Below are positions 23,526 through 36,613 of a DNA stretch of 64,000 bases, piece by piece. The stretch is taken from positions 1 through 64,000 of the forward strand of contig NW_005434633.1 of assembly GCF_000315625.1 (NCBI RefSeq). The letters are read 5' to 3'. The notes under the pieces are model-generated. The model was not told the origin of the DNA. It did no database searches and saw only the letters and a program-made list of their open reading frames with translations. Every line of letters begins with the position of its first letter. Within the stretch, counting starts at the first letter, position 1. Source of the stretch: Guillardia theta CCMP2712 (taxonomy: Eukaryota; Protista; Cryptophyta). The position numbers and the translations under genes were made by a program.

Positions 23526-25249
23526 ATGGGTTGTGGAGCATCGACAACATCAGCTCATGTTGGGCTACATCCAGGGGAATCCCGGAAGTCTGACAACGTG
23601 CTTGTTCTGCACGTGATTGCAAAACAGAATTTGGCCGGATGGGTCGGCAAATGGATTGTTCCGCCATTGTTTTGGGAGACGGGGAAGGAATGTTGTCATG
23701 AGGTTTCGAAGTATCTTCGTCCGATCATGTACAGGGACGGAGAGTTTGTTTTCCATACGGGCGATCAGGGAACTACCATGTACTTTGTAAACTCAGGCGC
23801 GGTGTCTGTACAAATACGCGGGCACGAAGTTGCACGATTGCTGCCTGGGAGCTACTTCGGCGAACTTGGCCTGATGCTTCAAGACGGAAGGAAGGCTGAT
23901 GCTGTTTGTGATGGAGACTCAGAGCTTCTGGAGCTTGATCGGCCGGATTTCTACCACGTTCTGGAGAAACATCCGATCCTGGCAGGGAAGATGTACGATA
24001 ACATGAGCGCTGAAGTCAAAGCTCACATCAAGAGAGCAGCAGAAGAGACTGCAGTGAGACATCACCAACATCTCGATCATGCAGGAGAAGTTTGACCTCG
24101 TGGTCTCCAGGCTCACCAGATGTCCAACGCTCTCAGCAACGTGTCCAAGGGAATCGCAGACGGGGAGCCCCCAGATGAGGCTGACGATGCGGAGCTTCTC
24201 GAAGCCAACGAGCGGTCAGAAGGGTTGCTCCATCAATGTGTGCTGGCTGACAAAACTCTCAAGGGCGTTCAAGGCGAAGAAACCCCAAAAGAGTTGGCTC
24301 ACGAGATCATTGAGCTCTAGCAGCCCCAAAGGGTATGAGAGGGATAGTTGAGGAGCAGCTTCGTCTGATGTGCTGAGCAGGAGCTTTCATAATGGCATGC
24401 AGCTTGCAATGACGTTCATGCAAGTGAGTGCTTGTCTCGTCTCGCAGTCTCTCTCCATCCTCACGGGATCTTGTGCAGGCGACAGTGAAGAGTGGTGTCC
24501 TGAACGACCGCAAGCAGAATGGTCCAGTGAATGTCGACAAAGAGAACGCTAAGTGCGGACCATGGCAACTCATGGGGGACTGAGAGCTCTGACAAACGTG
24601 ACAGGCCAGGACTGATGGTGTCTTTGAACGTCGAGTCTTATCTTCAGTCAGGAAATATCAGGTGGATCGGACGGACTGTTAAGACGGCATGCTGATAGAG
24701 AGAGGGACGCAGATTTCCGGGAGACGACGGTCCTGGGGCCCTTTTGGAAGATCACTTCGGGGACAAGTGAGCAGGAGAGGAAGTTCAAACTTGACGTTCT
24801 GACGGGCCGCCAGGACGATGTGGAGGGTGCGCTGGCTGCACACCAACTGCTGGGGAATCTACAAGACGGTACCTCCCTCCCCGCTACCTCCTCTCCGAAT
24901 GCTCATGCAAGCCGCAGGGTCATGGAGGAGAGTTCCACCTCTGGGTCGGCACCGATCAGGTCAAGGAGCCGTTCGACTCCGAATGCTTCTTCAGGTCCGT
25001 CCTTCCTCCTCCTCTTCCTCCTTCTTCCTTCTCGCCCTCTCCGTCCGCTCACTTGTCCCCATAGCAAGGGGAGGCTCCCCTCGTTCTTCTTCTGCACCCC
25101 CGCCGTCGAGTCGGCGAACGAACGGAAGGCAAGGATCCGACGATGCTCACCCTTTCTCACGTTGTGCTCAGGTGATCTATGACACCTCTTCTCCTCGTAG
25201 CAGAATCTTCCTCCCCGACCCAGCCAGCCCCATGGTCCCGGGCCAGTGA
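23526..25249 (+). CDS. N-acylated cyclic-nucleotide-binding protein with C-terminal MIB/HERC2-like domain
   Basis: MGCGAST acylation motif. cNMP domain GEFVFHTGDQGTTMYFVNSGAV...GSYFGELGL...RKADA...LDRPDF. Spliced downstream exons give DDGPG...WRVRWLHTNCWGIYKTGHGGEFHL. Confidence 0.8.
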
Positions 25250-25513
25250 AAACTGTGGTAGTGCTTTCTCCGACGTGTACATTATCTGATATTTGAACGA
25301 ATGAACTTGAATAAAATCTGCTATGATACTGCAAACTCTCCGTCGTCGCTTTCCTTTCTGCGAGGAAGAATTATCTTGATAGATCACAAACAACCTGACA
25401 AACATCAAACTCAAATTACTTGTCTCAACCTGCATTCTGTTCAGCTAGCAGTAATGTAATTATCTTCACTACTGAGACCATCTCAAAACCTGTAGTCAAT
25501 ATTTCGGAAGGCA

Positions 25514-28500
25514 ATGGCCCTGTGGAGCGGCGGGGCAGGGGGCAGGGGAGGAGGAGGAGCGAAGGAGAAGGGGAGGGGGACGAGCTTGATGGCTGAAGGG
25601 ATCAAGCATGTGTACAGGTGATTTTGTGTCTGAACGTGGCGAGTCAGCAGTCTGAAGCAAGCCTTGCTACAGAATAGACAAGCTGATGGTTGGGACTTTG
25701 AACTATCAGGCTGCGAGTTTCCCTTCCCATCAAGACGGTAGGTTGCGTCCTTCTGTGTCATGACAACCAACCTTGCCTCATTCATCAGGACCAGCCAAGA
25801 AAGCAAGATTTTCTTCTCCTCATGGCGTCGCATCGCGCCCTCGGGGGACTGGCTTGATTGTAGTTCATGTTCATAGCGAGAATGCACAAGTTGATCGCAG
25901 ATATTTGCAGGTGACTGATCCAGGAAACAACGCTGTTCGTCTTGTGGACTTCAACACTGGAGAGATTTCCTCCCTGAAGCAAGGCCTTTGGCGAAACCCA
26001 ACAGGGATATGCGCCGTGTCGGATGGTGTGCAGGGTGCTGGTGATCTGATGCCGATTCAAACTGAGCGCAGGATACGTCATCTGCGATACTGGCCATCAC
26101 CGCCTCGTGCATCTGTCACTTTGCGGGCAGAATGCGACAGTGTTAGCTGGGAGCGGAAGATCTGGTCACATGGATGGGGCTTCAGGGGTGGTACATGCCC
26201 AGCTGTGTGTGCTGTTCAGACTGAGACGACATGGCTTGATAGGCGATGTTCTGTAGCCCTCAGGGTGTGACCTGTCTTCGAGACGGGTCAGTGATCGTTG
26301 CAGACACGGCAAGACATGCTTCCTTGGGCTGGCTGGCTGCTGATGCTGTGCAGGGGAACCATGTTCTTCGGCACGTTGAGAGGATGAAAGTAGTGACGAT
26401 CGCTGGATCTGTTGGAGTGCCGGGGTGTGCGGACGGTCTTGCACATGAAGCAGAGTTTACGGTGAGGAGGGGAGGAAAGAGACGATGGGGAGATGAATGA
26501 AGGGATGAGGAGATGGAGAGATGAGGAGTGTGGGACGTAGAAGATGATTGTAAAACAGGAGCCAAGAGCTGTCTTGGCAACCAAGGACGGGAACATCTTG
26601 ATTGGAGATAGCAACAACGGGATCAGGATACTATCTGCTGACTTGAAGTTTGTTCGAACGCTTGTGAGGGGAGTCAAGAGGTGTTCTATTTCTGTTTGTG
26701 TCAGATCCTGTGTGGTTGACTGGAGAACACAGAGGAAAGAAAGACGGAGCCACAGACAAATCGTTGATGTCAAGTTGTCTTGGGATGTGCGAGGCCAATG
26801 ATGGATCGATCGTGGTGTCAGATGCGGGGAACCATTGCTTGAGGAGAGTAGAGCAATGATGGTTGCTACAACAAAGACGATAATGCAGATGATGATGATG
26901 ATGATGATGATAATGAAGTTGATGACGATGACTATGCTGATGGAGATGATGGAGATGATGATGTTGATGATTGTGGTGGTGATGGTGATTAGGATGATGC
27001 TGCAATGACAATTTATACAGGGTGGTCGATTCTGATCTGATGACAATGTCGACGTTAGCGGGGGATTGCGACAATGCCCACAAGGATGGCCTCGCGAATA
27101 AGAGTTCCTTCCATGTGATTGTGGTGGTCCTGTGGCTTCTGTGACGGTCATCAAGGAACCCTACGGTGTTACCTGCCTTAAAGATGGAACCATCTTCGTC
27201 GCTGATCGATGCAACCACGCGATCAGGTAACGTTCCTGATGTTTGCATGCTTGTCCTCACGCTTGAACTTGGTTCCTGCCCCTCCCTGCTAGCACGTTCC
27301 CTTCACTTCTTCACCTCCTCCTCCTCCTCCTCCTCCTCCCGCTGTACGCTGCTCGTCCTCTTCCTCCCACCTAACTCCTACTTCGTACCTCGTGACCCTA
27401 CCTCCTTCTCTCCCCTTCCTCCTTCTGTGCTTTGACATCACTTGCAGAGTCCTTCAGTATGCCAACGGGCATGAGTTGTTGATCTCAAACTCCTTGAAGA
27501 TTCCGCTCAGTAGGTCGATCCCAAGTGACCCACTCAAGCCGAACTCTCCTGGTACACCATGAGGAGTGGGGGACTTGACAAGGGTAGAAAGCAACGAGAC
27601 CTGACAATATGCTTTCCCTCAAGGAGAGTTCAATGGCTCCCACATCAACGTGCGAGTCTTGGATGCCTTCTTGAGCGAAGACAGCTCTTCCGACACCGAC
27701 ACTGCGCGGCCGGTGAAGGTAACTTGATCCGATGTAGTTCATGTTCTCGTTCATGACTTGTTACAGAAAACATCTGCTGTGGATCGCTCGCATGTAAAGG
27801 TTATGCCGGGTTGTTGCTTTCAACGTCGTCAACGTCTGAGACAGGATGATCAATCCCGAGAGCTGTCAAGATCATACCGCAGCAATCCTGCTTCTCCTCC
27901 TTCTCCTCCTCCTCCTCGTCCTCCTCGACCCCCTTCATCTCCCCTTTCTCCTCCTCCTCGTCCTCCTCAACCCTCTCAGGTCTCTGTCTCTTTGAATCGC
28001 TGTACAGGTAGTGACATTTTTGCAGAGTGTGGAGCATGACGACAGTGACGGCCATGATGCTGAGCATCTGACGGTAATGGCACATGAAGTGGAGTGATCC
28101 TGCCTTGACTGATTTGCAGATGTTCATTGCAAGGAAAGACAAGCTAAGATCTTCGAGAAGAGATGGATTGACAGTGAAGAAGAGAACTGTGAGATGGGAG
28201 AGTTCCGATGAATCGAACGATGAGATGGTGTGGGCGGGACATGACAAGGAGAACAAGAACGTGCATGCAGTGAGCGGGAGAGCAAGCAACGACGAGCATT
28301 TGAAGACTCTGAAAGCGAGAAATGATGGGGCTCGAGGCGACATCTTGGACCTTCTAGGTGATTTCTTTGTGTTGAGAATGTGATGCTTGACACATCACAT
28401 GCGATGAGGATGGAGTCGATGGTGACGATGATGATTGTTGTGATGTCAGTGATAATGATCGTGGTGTGATCACATCATTTTGTCAAAGAGCTTGCAAGAT

Positions 28501-31360
28501 GTGATCAGCATGCAGACGGAGTCGTGGAGGCGAAGGACGGAGGCTTCATGTTTCTTGCTCGAGATCGCCTGGAGGTGGCGCGAGCGTCGCTGCAGCTCGA
28601 GCTCAGCAAGAGGACGGGAGAGATAGAGAGGGGGGCAGGGAATAGGAGTGGAGAGATGTTCGAGGGAGCACCAGCACCTGCTGAGAGGAGGAAACAGGAG
28701 AAGGACGTGGAAGAGATCGTGAGGAGATTTGACAAGCTTGAACGCGACTTGTCCGGCAAGGGACTCCTGGAGATGGACGAGGACGAGGACGAGGGTGAAG
28801 ATGCATATCAAGATGTGAAGAGCAGCAAACAGCAGAAAAAGGGCCCGAAGGCAGGAGAAGTGAATGACGTGATTGGAAGCGATGTTACCAATGACAAAGA
28901 TGAGGAAAATCGCGTCAAGACAACTAGATCGAGTTCTCGTCGAGTTGAAAATGAGAGCGGGCGGACTGAGAACGCCAGTGACAGCAGCAGCAGGCATAGA
29001 GGGGAGACGGCAGGGAATGAAAGACAACAAACCTTGCCCACACCACAGAGGCTGCAGGCAAACTCATCAACAGTGTTTGAAGATTGTGTCGAGGTCATCT
29101 TTGATAGCACTTGTTCACTTTCATGGTAACAGACCTGCTGCTTTCAGATCTCGAGAAAGGTGCTTCAGAACAATATCGAGGCCTGGTCGACTCCCAAGAG
29201 AGTCCAGATTATCATCAGGAGGGACAAATCCATGTGAATCCACTGTTCTCCAGACCTGCATCTTACTGACATGCTTGTGACCAGGTCAAACGTGACGTAT
29301 TTCTTCTCCATCCTGGTAAGGCAGAGTCTCGCAGCTTTTGATCTCCTCCTCAAAATCATGAAGGACCACAAGACCAGAAATCCGCTTGAACGAGCAGATG
29401 GCAAGAGATTGGGTCTTGCTGCTCTCGTTGCGTTTGCCGGCTCTATTGACGCTGTTGTAGACGGAGGAACGAGATGCTGCAGAAATTCAGATTTGAACGT
29501 GATGGAAGTATCATGGAGAGATCACTGCGATGATGAACTCCTCACCTTCAAACTTGTCTTTGCAAACCCTGCTCGGTCAGGAGCTTTCCTCAGGTCTGTA
29601 CAACACTGACGTTGGTGATCTTGTCTCATCGCGTGAATACTCCATCTCCTCTGAAATCCAACTGAGTCTGACAAAACATCTACGATCACCCTGAAGTTTG
29701 CAACCTCATTGTATTTCTCTCCGTTTTGTCTCCTCTATTCATCACCACTACTTGTCATGATCTGTTCTGTGTTTTCTGCATTCTGCTCGGCATTTTCTAT
29801 TTCAGTCTCTTTTTGGCTCACTTTCACACTTCTCAGCACGATTGAGTTTACTTCAATTGACTTCCTCTCTCTTCCTTCTTCTTTTCTGTTGCTCTGCTCT
29901 CCTCCTCTGATCTCCTTGTTCCCCTCTGTACAGAGCATGCTCTATGGCCGGAGTCAATCTTTCTTCAGAGGGTGAGCTTTTCTTCAAAATCTGGCAAATG
30001 GCATCATGAAAATGTCAGGTACATGTGTACAACATCAACAGCAACATGCCATCTCAAGTCATGATCAACAACATCAACATGTCTTCCCAGAGCATCATCG
30101 AGGTCGAACACTCTGTCCGAATGTTGATCTGACATGCTGTGAAGCAGAGAAGGAGATGGAGAGCATGGAAATGGATCGCCTGTCCTTCTCTGATCTCAGG
30201 CAGACGCCAATGAAAGGTAGGGGGAGCGTGTAGGAGGCAGCAGATGCTGAACATTTGAAGGAGGAACGGACGTGTCAACAAGAGTAGAAGACTCTCCGTT
30301 TATCCCAAGGACGCCAACCAACACCAGATTCTTGGAGGAGAAGGAGGAGGAGGAGGAGGAGGAGGAGAAGAAAATCCCTGTCCAGAGAGTGACGGCAGAA
30401 GAGGCTGGATCGGGGGAACCCAGCATTGCGACGAGGTTGACGGCTTGATATTCACCTCCTCAATTCTCTCTGTTTGAAATTTGAATTCAGGCCCATGAGA
30501 GATGGAGACGGAGATGAAATCGTGAACCGATTGTTTGTCGACCAGCCCAGGACTTCTCCTGCGCCTGCCCCGTACGAGCTTCAAGTGCTCGCATCTGACT
30601 TGCCCGTTGACAAGCTCGACAGGCCTGAACCTGCTCCAGACGTCAAGGGAGGAAGGTACTGTGACTCTTGGAAAACCTCCTCGTCCTCGTGCTTGATCAT
30701 CTCCTTGTTGACACCCTCCTCCTCCTCCTCCTCCTCCTCCTCCTCCTCCTCCTCCTCCTCCTCCTCCTCCTCCTCCTCCTCCTCCTCCTCCTCCTCATCC
30801 TCCTCATCCTCCACCTCATCCTTGGCCTCCTCGTCCTCCTTCTCGTTTATCCTCGTCCTCGTCCTCCTCATTCTGCTCCGTCTCCTCTTCCTTGTCACTT
30901 CTGTCCTCGTCCTCGCCCGTTCGTCTGTCATGTGGAACTGTCGTTGAACCTACTGACAACAGGAGGGCCTTACTTGCCGATCCAGACTTCCTGCTTGACG
31001 GTGTGCAAAAATTAGAGAAGAGGAAGCAGTGGGAGAGGGAGAGGAACTGGAACAGGACAAGAACAGGCAGAGGCAGAGTCAGAGTCAGAGACAGAGTCAG
31101 AGGCAGAGACAGAGACAGAGACAGAGACAGAGACAGAGGATGCGAAGAAGGAGGAAGCAAGCAAGCAAGGAGTTTGAAATTTTGCTCCAAGATTCAATCG
31201 ACGGGGGCGATGCGCAGGAGGAGAGAGCAAGAGAGAAGCAACGCACATCAGGTTCAATTTCCTCTCGGATGTATGAGACCATCGTTCTCCTCTCCTCCCC
31301 TCCTCCTTCTCCGCTTCCCCTCCACCATCTCCTGCCCCTCACTTGCCACCTCCTGTAGTC
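25514..31360 (+). CDS. NHL-repeat beta-propeller protein with long low-complexity/coiled-coil C-terminal region (the part after about 27500 may be a separate gene)
   Basis: Repeats FSSPHGVA...VTDPGNNAVR, WRNPTGICA...ICDTGHHRL, SPQGVTC...VADTGNHVLR, EPRAVLA...IGDSNNGIR, VSDAGNHCLR, EPYGVTC...VADRCNHAIR between 25790 and 27226. Confidence 0.75.
30715..30815. repeat. (CCT)n microsatellite, intronic
   Basis: Direct reading: about 26 perfect CCT units followed by degenerate units. Confidence 0.9.
31065..31140. repeat. (CAGAGA/CAGAGT/CAGAGG)n hexanucleotide microsatellite
   Basis: Direct reading. Confidence 0.85.
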
Positions 31361-31944
31361 GTTTCTTTCCCTCCTCCCTTGGTGTTTCCTTCTCGTCCTC
31401 AACGAAATTACAGGTGTGGAGCAAGATCAAGATGTGAAGGTAACATCGTTGATATGACATCTTCGATCAAATCTCTTCCTTCCCCCTCACACTTAGTCCT
31501 CCTCACTCTGTCTTCAGGACATTGTGGTTGCGCTCGAGAAGAGTGTAGAATGGCACTTGTCACTCAAGCAGACCGGGACCAGCCTTCCTGGGTATCCCTT
31601 TCCTCTCTCCCTCCCTCCCTCCTNNNNNNNNNNNNNNNNNNNNNNNNNNNNNNNNNNNNNNNNNNNNNNNNNNNNNNNNNNNNNNNNNNNNNNNNNNNNN
31701 NNNNNNNNNNNNNNNNNNNNNNNNNNNNNNNNNNNNNNNNNNNNNNNNNNNNNNNNNNNNNNNNNNNNNNNNNNNNNNNNNNNNNNNNNNNNNNNNNNNN
31801 NNNNNNNNNNNNNNNNNNNNNNNNNNNNNNNNNNNNNNNNNNNNNNNNNNNNNNNNNNNNNNNNNNNNNNNNNNNNNNNNNNNNNNNNNNNNNNNNNNNN
31901 NNNNNNNNNNNNNNNNNNNNNNNNNNNNNNNNNNNNNNNNNNNN

Positions 31945-32275
31945 TACTTGGGACAACCTCGCATGCTAGAGATGACGGCCGGGCCGAAGGAGCGGGTGGG
32001 GTTGATAGGACACCATCTGGAGGAGCAGAATCAGATGCGTCACTGTCACGCAGATGAGACTCGCACCGATGGGCAGCAACACGACGTGCGCCAGGAAGAC
32101 GGCAAAACCGATAGGAATGCAGGCTGCCTGCCCGCAGCGAGAGTCACGGCAGTTTCCCAGACCACATAGCAGAGCAAGAAGGTCATGGCGACCTCCCCAG
32201 AAAAGGCTGCGCCGTAACCGAAAGCAGGGTTTACAACGTTGGTTCCCAGACTGTTGGTCATATCCATTTCGCAAG
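31945..32275 (-). pseudogene. Aquaporin (MIP) C-terminal half fragment with two frameshifts, running into an assembly gap
   Basis: AFSGEVAMTFLLCYVV, IPIGFAVFLAHVVLLPI, a GT-AG intron, then after a frameshift INPTRSFGPAVI. No N-terminal half is visible upstream. Confidence 0.8.
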
Positions 32276-32409
32276 GAAAAATCTAGGTCAGTACCTCCGT
32301 CCCCCCCTCCCTCTTCATATTCCTCCTCCCCCCTCCGTCTTTCCCTCACTTTCGTCTTCCATCCACTCCTCCCTCAACATTTCTCCTTCTTTACCGACTC
32401 GTATGTCAG

Positions 32410-34240
32410 GTATGAAAACTTCCTGCACGAGATGCTTGCTTCCTGCCGCTTGCACCTTTCCAAGGAGGAGGCAGCCAGGCGAGCAAGGACGGGAACAGCA
32501 CAGTCTGAGGAGGAGCAGGAGGAGGAGGAGGAGAAGCTGCAAAGTCGGTTGAATCATATCGACAGTCTGCTATCCCGATCTTCAGAGTCATCAAGAGATT
32601 TGCCAGCACATCTTGGACGGATAGTTCCTTCTGATCGACGTATCAATTCAGATTCCACAAATGTTACATCAGATTCTCATTCTGCTGTGTTTCAAGATGC
32701 CGATGTTGTTTCTCAACACGTTGCTGCTGCTCCCTCCCAAGAAATTTCTCAGCAGACGCATGCGCCAGCTGCTGATGAACAAGATGAATCGCAGTTGAGT
32801 GATCAGGCAGAGCTTGTTCGCAGTGAAATTCCGATCCCTTCTTCTCAACCCTCCTTCCCTCCTGCGCTAGAGCATCCACCCGTGCAAACAGCTTCAAGAC
32901 CGGACATAACTCTGGTCAGCTATCGACACGACGACGACAAGAAATCCAGTCGCTCTCCCCAGGACAAGGGCAAGGACAAAGGAGAATTGAATCATCGTAA
33001 GTGAAGAGATCCTTTGCCTCTTTGCATCAGCCCCATTCATCGTTTCTCGCAGGAACATCGGCAGACACTCTCGTTCCCCGACATCTCTCAACACTCGTCC
33101 AAGGGAGTGAGCCCGGGGACGGAGCTCCCGGTGCCTCATGTCAAAACATCCCCTGCCTCCTTTCCTTGACATCTCCTCTTCGCCCGACAGGTTCCGAGCC
33201 CCACCGTCTCCAACAAGACAAGGCGATCACGGATGTCTTTGACTGCAGATCTGACCTTTGCCGGGACGTGGCGTCATTGCGCCAATACTACTTCATGCTC
33301 ACTTCTCTGCTCGCCCCTTCCTATATGCTCTACGAGCTTCAGGTCTACTTTCTCCTCCCCTTGTTCTTGTGCGCTTCTCACTAGCCAGTTACCCGCCAAA
33401 AATCTCCTCCTCCCCCTCCTCCTCCTTACCTTCCCGCTAGGTCTGCCTCTCGGATGGCCGACCTTGCTTCAGAAATTCGGCCGGGCATTTCATCGCCCTA
33501 CGAGGAGCATTTGTGTGGGTCAAGCTACTCCTTTGGGGCTTTTTGTTCCAGGCAAGCACGAACCACAAGGATGAGGATGAGGAAAGAGATGAGAGGAGGG
33601 AGGAGAGGGAGAAGGAAGAATAAGTAGGAGCAAACGGAGCTGGAGGGGGAGTAGTAATAGGTGATGGCGGAATAAGAAGAAGCGAAGGAGGAGGAGGAAG
33701 CGGATTAGTAGTAGTGATGGGTGGAGGAGGAGGAGGAGGAGGAGGAGGAGTTCTGATTGTTACCCCGTAGGAGGTGTGGGTGAGGAGGGACAGATCACAG
33801 CTTCCGCTGAAGGTTCGATACGACGGAGACAAAGATGCATACTACGTCATGTTCAAAGTGAAACTACAGCGAGAGAAGGAGGAGGAGGAGGAGGAGGAGG
33901 AGGAGCGTGATAAGAATGCGCATGACCGCCTGCGGAGTTGGAGGGAGGAGGTGGATGTGGCGGCTCAGGTGAAGTCTCAAGACAACGATCGCTCTTCGAT
34001 CATTCGGGTGAGATCTTCCTTCCTCCTCCCTCCTTACCTGACAAGTGCCAAGCTCGAGCAGAAAGTCCAGCTGCACTTTGAGCTGGCAAGCTCAGCTGAC
34101 GGCATGGAGAAGGAAGTTCGTTTCCTGAAGCAGGAGAGGAAGAAGGAGCTTGAGAGCATGCCGCCCCTGCTGATCCCCCTTGCCATGCTCAGCTGTCGCT
34201 GGCTCAGCCGCGCCGTCCTCGATCAGAGGAGCGACTCTTG
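32410..34240 (+). CDS. Hypothetical multi-exon protein (start not resolved)
   Basis: Long open exon 32410-32997 and further exons (EVWVRRDRSQLPLKVRYDGDKDAYYVMFK; LEQKVQLHFELASS) flanked by GT/GC-AG introns. No recognised domain. Confidence 0.45.
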
Positions 34241-34286
34241 ATCTGAGCATGGGCGCTCCTGCTCCCGACAACGAGGCCGCAGCCAC

Positions 34287-36148
34287 TCATGCAGAGAGGA
34301 AGTTGAGAGGGACGGCAGAAACAGCACCGAGGGTGAGGCCCAGCGTCTGAAGGAGAAGAAACGAAGTCACGGGGTCACGAGGTCAGTCACGAGGTCCGTC
34401 ACCATGCACAGCGCCAGCAGCGTTGAAGCCGTATCCCGCTGAGGACCTAATGGTGGATGAGGACGGAGAGCAGGCAGGAGGAGGGAGAGGGAGAGGAAGG
34501 AATAAGCGGCAATAGGAAGGGAGAGCGGGAAGGAGGGGACTCGGAAGATAAAAGGATGCAGAGGAAAGGGTACGACAGGCATGGCAGGGAGAGGCCCGGG
34601 GAAAGAATCATGTTCACCTGTTGACACTCGCTCCTGCCCCTTGATCAAGAAGATGGTTGCCGCGAATCCATTCGATACTGCCTGCGAGGAAGCAGAATCA
34701 GAGGGACAAGAGGAGAAGAGGAAGAACAGACCAGGAGGCAGACGGCAAGGAAAGCTGACTCGTTGTGGAAAGGAGCGAGGACCAGGGGACTTCGCTGGAG
34801 GAGGAGGAACAAAGGGATGAGGGCAACACGAAGGACAGCGAAGCTGAGAAGGAAACGCTCGGAGAGGAGATAGCAGAGGTGCCCTCCAGCCACTCGGCCC
34901 GCCAAGTCTCCCACGTTGTACATGGCGATAAGGAGGATGGGCATCCAGTTGCGATCGTCCTGACCTGCGCATGGGATCTTGGTGGTGATGCCAGGAAAGA
35001 GGCTGATGGTGAGCCAAAAGACGAAGAGAACTCCGATGGCGGACGGGTGGACTTTGCGGAAGACATCAATGACGGATGCGTCTTGAGAAGCAGGAGGAGG
35101 AGGAGGAGGAAGGCCTTCCTCAGGTACTAAGATCTCTCTCTCCTCGTCATCCAGAGCGTCCTCCCTCAGATTCTGCGCATGGGATCGACTCTGCCGCACC
35201 ATCGGCATCCGCAGCAAGCTGAAGAACGACAGGGTGCACAGGAGAACAACAACGAGGGAGGAGATGAAGTAGATGATGGAGCTGGTGCGCAGGGCGTCGA
35301 AAGGAGGCAGATCGTCGAACCAAACCTTGGACAGGATGCTGGGAAAGCAGATGCGAGTCAGAGCTAGAAATCATGGGGAATGAAAGGGGAGCAACGAAAT
35401 GAATCGAGTGAGTGTAAGATGAGAGATTGAACGTGTAAGAAAACATGCCAACGAGCGCCTCTGTCCTGCCCTCCGTTCACTCATATCCGCTGCCACCCCA
35501 ACATGTCTCAACTCTCTCCATGTTCCTCTCCACTCTCCCTCAGGCTCTCTTCTTTCTTTCTCTCTCTCACTTTTCTTTCCCCTTTCCCTCTTCCCCCCCT
35601 CTTTCACTCCACCTCCTTCATCCTCCTCTCAGCAGAGCTCACCGGCATGTAGAAGTCAACAATCCCGCAACTGCCTGCCCGTTCATGAAGGCCCCGGTGT
35701 ACGTGCTACCTACCTGCCCGGAGAGGCTGAAGAACACTGTCTGCAGCCCTGCTCCTGCTCCTCCGGCCACGCCAACCAAACCTACCAATAGAGCGAACTG
35801 CAAAGCCTGGTCCACAGACGCTTCCTGGAAGGGCTCAGTGTATCGCCATGCCTGATACATCGGGAAAGACAGAACGGCAAAGTACAAGAACAGGCAGATG
35901 TAAGCCTTCGCCTGGAAGCATCGGAACCACTTGAGCTGTAGCAGGAAGAAGAAAAGACTGGCAGAAAAATTCGCAATGGCGAACGCATCCGCGACGTCAT
36001 ATTGAGAAAACAGAGTGCTGAAGAAATCGACGGCGGAGACGAGGGAGTTCCATGGCGTAAGTGCTCCGCATCCAAGGAGGAGGAAGTAGATGAAAGTAGC
36101 AAGACTGTTTTCAGCTTCCTGCCTCTCTAGAATCGAAACATCCACCAT
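34287..36148 (-). CDS. Equilibrative nucleoside transporter (ENT/SLC29 family)
   Basis: YFLLLGCGALTPWNSLVSAVDFF, AFMNGQAVAGLLTS, VFWLTISLFPG, YNVGDLAGR, VSNGFAAT, TLGLTLGA. Canonical introns. Confidence 0.92.
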
Positions 36149-36613
36149 CTCGTGAGCCGTCTGCTATTCTATTCTAAAAAGAGATCATGCACCATCTTTT
36201 CCGATACTACAACACCAGCTGCAATGACGGCGCTTCTCCTGCATAAGTCGAGAGTCAGCAACTACAAATTCTTCCAAATCCACATGCTCTTAAACAGGCA
36301 TTCTAAACAATTATGCCAGAAGACTCATCCTTCGTCAACAGCAGATTCCAAGAACTCTCTGAACCTGCATCCTTCCTTCCAAACTTGTCGGGTTATGATC
36401 AGATTCTTATCCTCCACTCTTCCTCTTGGCTATCTGGATTTCGTAATATCCGCTCTCGTCCTCCTCCTCCTCCTCCTCCTCCTCCTCCTCCTCAACCTCA
36501 ACCTCCGCAACAACAACCCCATGATTATACGGAGGCATGGGTATACCAACAAACCCGCCTCAACAGAAAACTAGGAAAAGGAAAAGGCAGACAAAACCTC
36601 TCCTGCAACCACG

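Noticed and set aside
24081-24110. 30-nt GC-AG intron or stop read-through after the cNMP domain
   Set aside because: A canonical GTGAG donor at 24054 gives a normal 57-nt in-phase intron.
26288-27260. Poly-Ile and poly-His minus-strand ORFs
   Set aside because: Translations of an intronic (GAT)n repeat within the NHL gene.
31624-31944. ORFs spanning N runs (also 19438-19537)
   Set aside because: Artefacts of assembly gaps.
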